DNA from: a virus
Lineage: Duplodnaviria > Caudoviricetes
Length of the DNA stretch: 38,339 nt
IMG/VR virus record: IMGVR_UViG_3300035093_000002
Coordinates: 1 to 38,339 of that record
Direction: 5' to 3' (one strand)
Positions 9,720 through 17,274 of this stretch are shown here, piece by piece (position 1 is the first letter of the stretch; each line of letters starts with the position of its first letter). The notes beneath the pieces were generated by a model, which searched no databases, was not told the DNA's origin, and saw nothing but the letters and a program-made list of their open reading frames with translations. The position numbers and the translations under genes were made by a program.

Positions 9720-10064
9720 CTAGGCCGTCGAGACGGCTGTCTCTTCGGGTGAGACCTGACCACGGCTCAGGAGGGCCAGGATGGGGATGACAGCCGCGTT
9801 GATGGTCGCGACGGTCTCGATGGGGAGGTTCAGGCCATAGGCGCCGAGGACGGCCACGATGGCACCCACGGCGTAGGTGAATGCGACCGGGCTGATGGGC
9901 CGGACCGCGTAGGCGTTGATCGCGGCGAAGATGCCGTTGATCGCAGCCACGATGAGGGCGGCCTGCTGGCCGTTGAGCAAGTCGAGCCCGAACGTCCCGA
10001 TGACGACGATCAGCGATGAGATGACCGCCAGCCAAAGGGTGGGCTCACGTCCGAACAGTTTCAT
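9720..10064 (-). CDS. Holin-like membrane protein
   Basis: GREP start, about 4 hydrophobic helices, RGQVSP end as in actinobacteriophage holins; AGGAG RBS; near the endolysin. Confidence 0.75.
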   Translation of the reverse strand: MKLFGREPTLWLAVISSLIVVIGTFGLDLLNGQQAALIVAAINGIFAAINAYAVRPISPVAFTYAVGAIVAVLGAYGLNLPIETVATINAAVIPILALLSRGQVSPEETAVSTA

Positions 10065-10067
10065 TGT

Positions 10068-10298
10068 CTACTCTCCTGTTCTGTATTCCGGCCCGGTCGG
10101 GTCCGGTTCTGGGGTTAGGTAGCCGGGACTCGGCCAGTCAGCGTCAGGGATGCGGGGCGGTGCCTTATATGCCGACCTGAACCAATCGACGAAGCCGAGC
10201 ACGTCGTCCACCTTGCCGCGCCCTGCCTTCAGAGCCTCGTGAGACCGCGCGTAACTCTCCAGCTCCGCGAGAACGATCTCCTGCGTGGCCGTCGTCAC
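10068..10298 (-). CDS. Hypothetical protein (76 aa)
   Basis: GTGA-coupled in the operon. Confidence 0.6.
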   Translation of the reverse strand: MTTATQEIVLAELESYARSHEALKAGRGKVDDVLGFVDWFRSAYKAPPRIPDADWPSPGYLTPEPDPTGPEYRTGE

Positions 10299-10462
10299 GG
10301 CTCACCGTCGTCTTCGGTGACTACGAGGTCGTCGCCCGTGATCGTGACCGACGTGGTTTCGGCCTCCCCGGTCTCGCCTACGTCATCGTCACGGGGCTCG
10401 ACAGGCGCGGGCTCGTCGGTCGTGTCGGCGGGCTTGGGATCAGGCTCAGAATGAACTGGCAT
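10295..10462 (-). CDS. Small acidic hypothetical protein (55 aa, MPVHSEPD...)
   Basis: Fills the gap after the endolysin; GAGGTGG upstream. Confidence 0.55.
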   Translation of the reverse strand: MPVHSEPDPKPADTTDEPAPVEPRDDDVGETGEAETTSVTITGDDLVVTEDDGEP

Positions 10463-11294
10463 GGAGCCACCTCGTGTTGTCGATGTTGCCGAACCACGTT
10501 GCGTCACCACCGAGCACGGTGCCCTTGATGCGCTGGCAGGCCCGGAACCGGGAGCCGTTGGGGGCTCGGTTGATGATCTTGTGAGCGGTGGACGGACCGG
10601 AGCGGACGTTGGCTTGCTGGCCCTTGGGCACCTTGACGACCATGACCCGCGACGGCGAGATCTCCAGCGCGCCCTTGCGCAGCACGAGGTGAGGTTCGGT
10701 GTCGTGGGTGAACACGGCGTAGAACTTGCCGACGCCGATGGGGACGTAGGTCTTGTCCGGGGTGGCCGACACGTTGAGGCGGCGGGCGAACGACAGCACG
10801 ACTTCCTGCGGCAGCCACAGGCCCTCGGAGAAGTCAGCGATGCCGGGGCGTCGACCATCACCCAGCGGGTCCATGATGAGCCACTGGTACCCGCCGGCTA
10901 CCTGGGAGTTCTTCCGGCGCTCGTTGCACCACCATTGGTGGTTATCGCCGAACGTCTCGGACGCCTGCCACTTGGTGCCGCGGGTGGCCGAAGACTGGCC
11001 CGCCAACATCATCCCCTGGCCCGAGTCGAGCCTCTTGAGGGCGTCGGCGGTCTTGATGTTCAGGGACAGGTCGAGATCCGCATCCCAGCCCCGCATCAGC
11101 GCATCCACGACCTGACGTTGGGTGGTGCCGCCCGAGGTGTCCCCGGTCAGTTGGCGGACGCGCTTGCCGGTGGTCGTGTCCCGTCCCAGCGTCTCCCGAT
11201 CAAGCGCCATCGCGGCCACGGCGCAGTTGCAGTTGCTCCCTGCGAAGGTTGAGCCGTCGAGCTGCTTGACGAATGTCGGGAGGTAGGTGCTCAT
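10446..11294 (-). CDS. Endolysin candidate: C39-like cysteine peptidase plus SH3b cell-wall-binding domain
   Basis: Q...NC(NC)AVAAMAL, later H and MDPL papain-like triad pattern; ANVRSGPST SH3b motif. Confidence 0.75.
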   Translation of the reverse strand: MSTYLPTFVKQLDGSTFAGSNCNCAVAAMALDRETLGRDTTTGKRVRQLTGDTSGGTTQRQVVDALMRGWDADLDLSLNIKTADALKRLDSGQGMMLAGQSSATRGTKWQASETFGDNHQWWCNERRKNSQVAGGYQWLIMDPLGDGRRPGIADFSEGLWLPQEVVLSFARRLNVSATPDKTYVPIGVGKFYAVFTHDTEPHLVLRKGALEISPSRVMVVKVPKGQQANVRSGPSTAHKIINRAPNGSRFRACQRIKGTVLGGDATWFGNIDNTRWLHASSF

Positions 11295-12448
11295 GCCCTG
11301 TTCCACTTCGCCATCGCAGCAGCCGCCACGGCATCGAACGGCCGGACCCCGGCATTCGCGAGGGTCAAGGCCCGGTGCTCTGCGATCGTCGACAGGCCGT
11401 AGGACGTGTCAGGGGCCGGGAAGGGGGTCGAGCGGTTGGCCTCGGAGTAGGGCTTGCCGTTGACCTCGGAACCCAGCGAATAGAGCAGCGAGTCGGCCGT
11501 CTCGATGTCGAAGGCCCATGACATCGCTGTGCCGCGGCTGGGGTCGTTGTACGTGTTCCAGCGGTCGTTGGCGTGGCCGCCGTCCTGACAGGTCAGGGCG
11601 TACGACTTGCAGCCGTCGATGACGTTGCCGAGGCTGTCGAATGTGACTTCGTTCGCTCCTGGGACCGGACCGCCTGAGTCACCCGGAAGGCCGGCCGGAA
11701 GCCGCTCGTGGAAGTCGAGGAAGTGGTTGTGGTGGACCGACACCGACTTCGTGCCGTTCGACAGGAGGATCGCCATGTTGTGGCCATAGGTCGGCAGGCC
11801 GATCAGGCGGTTGAACGCGATCGTGACGTTGTAGCAGTTGCGGGTGAAGTCGAGCCAGCCGTCCGGCTCACCGAAGTCGTCGAAGGCGACGATGTCGTTC
11901 CGGTAGACAGCGATGTCATGCTTGTCGAACTTCGCCCACCCGATGTCCGCGGCCCCCGACGCGATGTGCCGGTAGTGGCGTCGGTTGTCGAACATACGGA
12001 GATGGTTGTTGTACTGGAGGGAACCGCCGACCAGAGTGGAGGTCTTCCCGCCGTCGATGGTCAGGTACTCGGCCATCGTCAACCCGCCCGTCCCGTAGTC
12101 GATGACCGCTCCGGCCGGGAACGTGATGAGCCGATCGGGCTGCACGGCTGCGGCGCGGAAGTCGCTCCCCGTCCGACACAGCGCAGGAACCGTCCCGCCC
12201 TTGGCTTCGGCTCCGAAGCCCTTCAAGAACGAGATGGTCGGATCTGGCGGCGGCGGAGGAGGCGGGGGCGGGGGATCGACAGGCGGCGGGTCCACGGGCG
12301 GCGGCGGCTCGACGTACGTCCCTTCGACGATGACGCGCGCCTGGAGCTTGTCCTTGGCAATGCGGGCCGAGGTCAGCTTGGCCGAGCCCTCCGGGTTGAT
12401 GACGACGTGCTGGCCCCGCTGGGGTCGGACGATGATGTCGCGTGGCAT
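11291..12448 (-). CDS. Pectate-lyase-like (PL1) beta-helix enzyme with Pro-rich linker
   Basis: GFGAEAKGG, DGWLD...NVTIAFN and VSVHHNHF...RLP match PL1 family motifs. Confidence 0.75.
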   Translation of the reverse strand: MPRDIIVRPQRGQHVVINPEGSAKLTSARIAKDKLQARVIVEGTYVEPPPPVDPPPVDPPPPPPPPPPDPTISFLKGFGAEAKGGTVPALCRTGSDFRAAAVQPDRLITFPAGAVIDYGTGGLTMAEYLTIDGGKTSTLVGGSLQYNNHLRMFDNRRHYRHIASGAADIGWAKFDKHDIAVYRNDIVAFDDFGEPDGWLDFTRNCYNVTIAFNRLIGLPTYGHNMAILLSNGTKSVSVHHNHFLDFHERLPAGLPGDSGGPVPGANEVTFDSLGNVIDGCKSYALTCQDGGHANDRWNTYNDPSRGTAMSWAFDIETADSLLYSLGSEVNGKPYSEANRSTPFPAPDTSYGLSTIAEHRALTLANAGVRPFDAVAAAAMAKWNRA

Positions 12449-12609
12449 TACGGCCGCTCTCCCTTGCTGGTCACGGCGGCGAAATGGGTCAGCCGCATCA
12501 CGCACGGGTAGCAGACGAGCTTCGGACCGTCGCCCTCGATGGGTGGGTGGCCGGACTTGCCGTGGCAGTTGGCGCAGACGGGGACTCGGCGGATGAGGGT
12601 GCGGGTCAC
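12448..12609 (-). CDS. Small zinc-finger protein (53 aa), not in the ORF track
   Basis: MTRTLIRRVPVCANCHG...VCYPCVMR...ERP*; TAATG-coupled to the lyase gene. Confidence 0.65.
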   Translation of the reverse strand: MTRTLIRRVPVCANCHGKSGHPPIEGDGPKLVCYPCVMRLTHFAAVTSKGERP

Positions 12610-12610
12610 G

Positions 12611-12916
12611 TCACGCGTCCCGATACAGCCGGAGCCAATAGAGCGCCGGGACGATCGCCATGAACAACACCACGACCCGCGTGATGAGCTTCGTCAGGTC
12701 GATGCCGAGGATCGGCGGAACGATGTCGTTGTTCACGAAGATCAGCCCGAAGACGACCACGTTGATGAGCACCGCCGTCCCGACGATGCCCCGCTCGCGC
12801 AGGACCAGGAGGTCGGGGTTCTGTCGGTGAAGCTGCCGCAGCCGGACCACGACGTAGACGTTGAGCGGCACGCCGACGACCAGCACCAGCAGTCCCAACA
12901 GCGTCGCGATGTTCAC
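12611..12916 (-). CDS. Membrane protein with about 3 TM helices
   Basis: Three hydrophobic segments; GTGA-coupled. Confidence 0.7.
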   Translation of the reverse strand: MNIATLLGLLVLVVGVPLNVYVVVRLRQLHRQNPDLLVLRERGIVGTAVLINVVVFGLIFVNNDIVPPILGIDLTKLITRVVVLFMAIVPALYWLRLYRDA

Positions 12917-13134
12917 CGGTCATCGGAACGGCGCGCTTCCTCGATGACCCGCTCACCGGCTCGGCTCGCCAGCTTCGACGCGCGGCGGTAGTCGTCAATG
13001 ACCCGCTCGGCCCGGATGCGCGAGGCGATCGACCGCTGGCGGATGGCCTCGGTCCGGCGATCACGGGAACGCTCCACGGTCGCGTCGAACCACGGCAGGA
13101 TGTTCTCGACGAACTCGCGCCAGCGGCTACCCAT
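12913..13134 (-). CDS. Arg-rich helical hypothetical protein (start uncertain)
   Basis: Overlaps neighbouring stop and start codons. Confidence 0.55.
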   Translation of the reverse strand: MGSRWREFVENILPWFDATVERSRDRRTEAIRQRSIASRIRAERVIDDYRRASKLASRAGERVIEEARRSDDR

Positions 13135-13396
13135 CTTTGGGTGCGCCATGTACCGGGGCTGCATCAGCGGCAGCCTTCGCCAAGGCTGCTAGCAACTTGG
13201 ACATCTCGGCGGTCTGGGCGGCCTGACTGTCCAGCGCCGTCGCGGTCCGCTCGGCCTGGATGTCCGACTTCTCCGCTCGGGCTACCGCTGCCTTGTAGAT
13301 AAACCCGGGCACGAGGTCGCCGCGGATGACTGCCACCACCACGAAACCGAGAACGGCCAGCGCCCCGAACGGCCCGTACAGCTCGGCCGGGATCAC
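13127..13396 (-). CDS. Single-TM protein with coiled coil (holin/lysis-associated-like)
   Basis: N-terminal TM, then RGDLVPG and a coiled coil, as in actinophage lysis-cassette membrane proteins. Confidence 0.65.
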   Translation of the reverse strand: MIPAELYGPFGALAVLGFVVVAVIRGDLVPGFIYKAAVARAEKSDIQAERTATALDSQAAQTAEMSKLLAALAKAAADAAPVHGAPKDG

Positions 13397-13480
13397 TCAC
13401 GGGACCACGACGGAGCCCGGACGTGGCGGAACGGCTGTCGAGGGGACACGCTCTAGGGTGCGCGCCCGATTCGTTCCCCG

Positions 13481-13681
13481 CTACGCCTGTTCGTGTACGG
13501 AGATGAAATCAGCCACGAGGGCGCGAGTGGTACGAACGTTCCGTTTGGCTCGCGCGGACCGCAGGTATGCATGGACGGTGTGCCGGTTCCATCCGAGCAC
13601 TTCGGCGGCCTCGGCCTCAGTCCTAGCGGTCCGCATCGCCTCGACGACGCGCTCCTCTTGTGGCGTCAGGAGTTCGGTCAT
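13481..13681 (-). CDS. Stand-alone LuxR/GerE-type HTH regulator (66 aa)
   Basis: LTPQEERVV...EAAEVLGWNRHTVHAYLRSARAKRNVRT. Confidence 0.8.
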   Translation of the reverse strand: MTELLTPQEERVVEAMRTARTEAEAAEVLGWNRHTVHAYLRSARAKRNVRTTRALVADFISVHEQA

Positions 13682-14148
13682 CTGCCGTAGCCATTGCCGT
13701 CGGCGAGGATGTCGATCGCCTTCTGGCGGGTCGCCGCCAAGACCCCCCGATGTTCGTAGCACGCCTGAAGTAGACGTGCCTCGGCCTCGGACCTGACATT
13801 GAACCAATGCTGCTTGCCCGCGATCCGCACAACGAAAGCCCAGCGACCATCCTCACGGAGAAAGACCGTTCCCGTCCCATGACGACCCTTGAGGCGTGGT
13901 CCCTTCGGCGTCCGCTCGTTCATGTGGACCACGTTCTGAGCGGGCTGCTCGGCCAGGATGGCGGCCTTCTCGGCTTTCCCCGCGCTAACTCGGTCCGGGA
14001 AGTGTTCGACCGTCGTCCGAACGACTAGGACCCACCAATCCTTGTGCGCCTCGTGGTTGGCCCATCGTTGCGGACCGACCGATGTGATGCCAACATAAAG
14101 TAGGCGATCCTGCGCATCATAGAACCTGTACAGCGAGCATCCAGTCAC
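13678..14148 (-). CDS. GIY-YIG nuclease with C-terminal beta-sheet DNA-binding-like domain
   Basis: LYRFYD...LLYVGIT...RW..H...AE.AAI.AEQP.QN; GGAGG RBS 10 nt before the GTG. Confidence 0.8.
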   Translation of the reverse strand: MTGCSLYRFYDAQDRLLYVGITSVGPQRWANHEAHKDWWVLVVRTTVEHFPDRVSAGKAEKAAILAEQPAQNVVHMNERTPKGPRLKGRHGTGTVFLREDGRWAFVVRIAGKQHWFNVRSEAEARLLQACYEHRGVLAATRQKAIDILADGNGYGR

Positions 14149-14257
14149 GGAGATAGACCCTCCGAATGCGAGCGAGCCGCCCCGCCGGGGTCTATCCGGA
14201 AGGACGGCTCGGACGCTGATTGTATGCTGCTCGACGATAGACCCGTCAGGGACCATT

Positions 14258-14288
14258 CTACCGGATGTGACTCCCTCGGTGACTCCCC
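14258..14288 (+). repeat. attP arm repeat, left copy (two GTGACTCCC units)
   Basis: ctaccggatgtgactccctcggtgactcccc, repeated at 14444-14477. Confidence 0.75.
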
Positions 14289-14336
14289 GAAGCGCACTGT
14301 CACCCATGATTCGTGCGTGAATCAAGCCGAAAGCAC

Positions 14337-14386
14337 GGCGGCTGTTAACCGCTTGGTCGTAGGTTCGAGTCCTACCGCCGGAGCCA
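14337..14386 (+). other. attP core: 3' half of tRNA-Asn(GTT)
   Basis: Anticodon arm ggcgg-ctGTTaa-ccgct, T-arm gtagg-ttcgagt-cctac, acceptor cgccgga-g-CCA; 5' half absent; adjacent to the integrase. Confidence 0.88.
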
Positions 14387-14432
14387 ATCCTCCCTCGTGG
14401 ATCAGTCGCTTCGATAGATTCTGCTGCGATCA

Positions 14433-15602
14433 TCACGACTTCGCTACCGGATGTGGTGACTCCCTCGGTGACTCCCCAAGCAGCCGACCGACCTCATCAG
14501 ACGCCGACCGCTCCTGGTCGCGCGTGACGTGGGTATAGATACCGAGGGTCGTCTCAGGACGAGCGTGGCGCATGAGGCGCTGCGCGACCGATGGATGGAC
14601 CTGGAGGGCGGCCAGCAGGGTCGCGTACCCGTGCCGAAGGTTGTGAACGGTCATCCGCGGCAACCCGGCATCGGCTAGCAGCCGCTGGAAGTGCTTGGTG
14701 AACCACGATCCGTTGACGGCAAGTCCCTTGAGGTTAACGAACACGAGACCTTCGGACGTTGGCCGGCCAGCCTTGATGCGCTCCGGGCGCTGGTTCGCTC
14801 GATGGACCTCGAGCACTGCGAGGATCTCCGGCGGCAGCAGCACCACATCGGCCGACGCCTCGGTCTTGGGCGGTGCCATGCGAGCTTTCGAACCCGACCC
14901 GTAGACCTGTTCGAAGATGGTTGCCGTGCCGCGTTCGAAGTCGATAGCCGCCCACGACAAGCCCAATATCTCGGACTCGCGGAGCCCGAACAAGGCCAAC
15001 CAGTAGGCCGCCTCCAGCCGATCGCCAGCCACGGCCGCCACGATTCGCCGAGCCATGTCCGGTGTCAGGGGTTCGCGACGCTGGCGCGGGACCGTCTTGA
15101 GCTTGACGAGCAGCGCCTCATTCCGGCGGACGTAGCCGCGTTCATGGGCAACCCGGAGGGCGGACCGAAGGACGATCTGCGCGTTTCGAACGGTCTTCGG
15201 AGATGCCGGGACATAGGTCTTGCCCTTGAGCGCCATCATCCGATTGGCGCATCGCTCGATATGCTCGGCTCGCACGCTGTCAAGCGGGATATCGAAGATC
15301 GGTCGCCAATGCGCGATCGCATCCTCATAGCCGCGTCGGGTGTTCGGCCGAACGTCCACGGTTTCAGCCAACCATCCTTGGAGGAAGCTGCCAAGGCTGT
15401 GCGTCGTCCTGACCAGACCGGCCGCCTGATCGTCGCGGAGTGCCTTGAGCGCTCGCTTTGCGGCTGCCTCTGTCGGTCGCTTGCGTCTTCGATAGCTTCG
15501 GGACCCGCGAGGCCCGATCGACAGTTGCGCGATCCACACCGTCCGCGGCTTGCCCTCCGGGTCCGTCACCGTTACCGGATACACCGACCCGTCGCCTGAC
15601 AT
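14433..15602 (-). CDS. int: Tyrosine integrase
   Basis: GLRESEILGL, PKT, HNLRH, MRH and IYTH catalytic motifs; GDGSVY N-terminal arm-binding segment; GAGGAG RBS. Confidence 0.95.
   Translation of the reverse strand: MSGDGSVYPVTVTDPEGKPRTVWIAQLSIGPRGSRSYRRRKRPTEAAAKRALKALRDDQAAGLVRTTHSLGSFLQGWLAETVDVRPNTRRGYEDAIAHWRPIFDIPLDSVRAEHIERCANRMMALKGKTYVPASPKTVRNAQIVLRSALRVAHERGYVRRNEALLVKLKTVPRQRREPLTPDMARRIVAAVAGDRLEAAYWLALFGLRESEILGLSWAAIDFERGTATIFEQVYGSGSKARMAPPKTEASADVVLLPPEILAVLEVHRANQRPERIKAGRPTSEGLVFVNLKGLAVNGSWFTKHFQRLLADAGLPRMTVHNLRHGYATLLAALQVHPSVAQRLMRHARPETTLGIYTHVTRDQERSASDEVGRLLGESPRESPHPVAKS
14444..14477 (+). repeat. attP arm repeat, right copy, inside the 3' end of int
   Basis: ctaccggatgtggtgactccctcggtgactcccc. 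Confidence 0.75.
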
Positions 15603-15825
15603 TCGGCGGCTCCTCACGCTGCGGAGTGTAGACCCTGGCTAGGTACGCTTCGATGGCGTCGTGGGTCGTCAGCTTGCGACCGGCGACCACCCAATAGGCC
15701 AGCTCGTGGCGGGCCATCGCATTGCGGACGCCGGCCGGCTTGCAGCGAAGACGGGCCGCCGCTTCATCGATCGTCAGCAGGCGGGCCGCTTCCTCGCGTG
15801 TATACGGCTCACGGGGGTCGGTCAT
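15364..15825 (-). CDS. xis: Excisionase-like HTH protein with a long tail overlapping int
   Basis: LLTIDEAAARLRCKPAGVRNAMARHEL...VAGRKL...IEAYL is a typical Xis/HTH_17 pattern. Confidence 0.7.
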   Translation of the reverse strand: MTDPREPYTREEAARLLTIDEAAARLRCKPAGVRNAMARHELAYWVVAGRKLTTHDAIEAYLARVYTPQREEPPNVRRRVGVSGNGDGPGGQAADGVDRATVDRASRVPKLSKTQATDRGSRKASAQGTPRRSGGRSGQDDAQPWQLPPRMVG

Positions 15826-15902
15826 CAGCGTTGGACCGTGGCCGGGGCTACGTCGAGCTCGTGGGCGACCTCGGAGACCTTGAGCCACGTCTTGTCGGTC
15901 AC
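15825..15902 (-). pseudogene. Truncated second Xis-like HTH fragment (25 aa)
   Basis: MTDKTWLKVSEVAHELDVAPATVQR*; coupled to both neighbours. Confidence 0.55.
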
Positions 15903-16522
15903 TGAACGTCCGTTGGGGGTCCGGTCGGCGCTGGTCGCGTCAGCGGAACATCGATCTGACCCAAGACCGAGACCCGGACCCGGACGACGCCCTGTGACAG
16001 GAACGGCCCATCATCAACCGGGTCCCACGATTGCGGAGCCAGCCGCTCGAATGCAACGTCGTCGAGGTCGAGGACAGTCGGCGTCCGGTGTCGCGGACCG
16101 CAGGCGCACCAATCCGTCAGCCGGACCGTGACCGAGCGCCCGCCGCTCGTGACGCGCACCGTCGAGCCGCGCCAGTGTCGACCGAGCGCCTTGCGAAGCG
16201 ACGGGCCGGCCGCGGCGTCTTGGGGGGATGGGGCGTCGTACCAGGTCGCATATCCTCGGACGGGACGCGACGGGGCGTCGCTCTCAGTAACCGGACTCGC
16301 TAGACCGTAGGAATGGGTCCGGTTTATGGCCGTCTCCCAATCGGTTCCTAGGGTCCCCGCCGCACCGGTCTTGTGCTCTCCCGAGCCGTCCGCGCGAACG
16401 TTCTGCGACGCCCCGCTCAGAGTCTGACGTGTTTCACCCGCACCCACTTGGGATTGGCCGTCAGGCTCTGAGCGCGGGGTCGCGACCAGACCTACGAGCA
16501 GCAGGACGCAGAGGAACCTCAC
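15899..16522 (-). CDS. Exported RlpA-like double-psi beta-barrel protein (lytic transglycosylase/expansin-like)
   Basis: Signal-like N-terminus; GYATWY, GSTVRVT...VTVRLTD.C, LDLDDVAFERLA, GVVRVRV. Confidence 0.72.
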   Translation of the reverse strand: MRFLCVLLLVGLVATPRSEPDGQSQVGAGETRQTLSGASQNVRADGSGEHKTGAAGTLGTDWETAINRTHSYGLASPVTESDAPSRPVRGYATWYDAPSPQDAAAGPSLRKALGRHWRGSTVRVTSGGRSVTVRLTDWCACGPRHRTPTVLDLDDVAFERLAPQSWDPVDDGPFLSQGVVRVRVSVLGQIDVPLTRPAPTGPPTDVQ

Positions 16523-17274
16523 GCGACGGCTCCAGCCGGCCACAAGACCGCCTGCTCGAGATGGAACGCCCGAGCACCGATCGCCAAGTCACGCTCGGCA
16601 GCAAGGCAGACTTCTAGGGACAGGTCGTACGGGATCGCGGCGACCGCGCGAGACGCCGCCTTGCGCTTGTCGCTCTTGCTGTTGCCGGGACCGTACTCGT
16701 AGCCCGAGCGCCAGCCGAACCCCCGGAAGTCGCCCCCTTGGACGCCGGTCCGACTACCGCGCGGTGCAAGCGTGTGATCCGACCCGCCGTTCCGGCACAT
16801 CGGACGCAACTCCAGGGACGGAGGGAACCCACCCCAGAGGTCGGTCGGCTTGGCGTAGGGTCGCCCGTACCGGCATTGCCAGACGGTCCGGCGGTCCAGG
16901 TTGTCCATAAACCCGAGCGACCGCAGACGGGCGCGCGGGTTCTCGATGACGAAATAGGACGGCTGCAACTGGTCGATGAGACGCAACGTCGCCAGGACGA
17001 GCGTCGCCCCGACGACCGCTCCCGGTGTCTTGGGCATCCCGTCATGGGTCCAGTTCCGGCCCATCGTCATCACGGAGAACGTGGTGCAAGGCGGTGAAGC
17101 CAAGATGATGTCGGGCCGCCACGGAAGGTCGTCGGGAGTCAGGGTCGACACGTCGGCGTACAACGACACACCGGGGAAGTCGCGCTCCAGCTCGACGCTG
17201 AACACGTCGTGTCCGCGATCGGTGAACGCCTTGCCCCAGCCGAGGGTGCCGGCGAACAGCTCCAGCACTCTCAT
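16519..17274 (-). CDS. Orphan C5-cytosine DNA methyltransferase
   Basis: Motif I LELFAG, motif IV SPPC, motif VI IENP. Confidence 0.85.
   Translation of the reverse strand: MRVLELFAGTLGWGKAFTDRGHDVFSVELERDFPGVSLYADVSTLTPDDLPWRPDIILASPPCTTFSVMTMGRNWTHDGMPKTPGAVVGATLVLATLRLIDQLQPSYFVIENPRARLRSLGFMDNLDRRTVWQCRYGRPYAKPTDLWGGFPPSLELRPMCRNGGSDHTLAPRGSRTGVQGGDFRGFGWRSGYEYGPGNSKSDKRKAASRAVAAIPYDLSLEVCLAAERDLAIGARAFHLEQAVLWPAGAVA

Noticed and set aside
12246-12310. GC-rich repeat tract
   Set aside because: Simply encodes the poly-Pro linker (PPPVD repeats) of the lyase
14300-14386. Intact phage tRNA-Asn gene
   Set aside because: No 5' acceptor strand (TCCGGCG) or D-arm upstream; only the 3' half is present, as expected for attP
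16415-16473. Hammerhead ribozyme (CTGACG...GAAAC...GTC on the minus strand)
   Set aside because: Core deviates from CUGAnGA and stems I and III do not pair correctly
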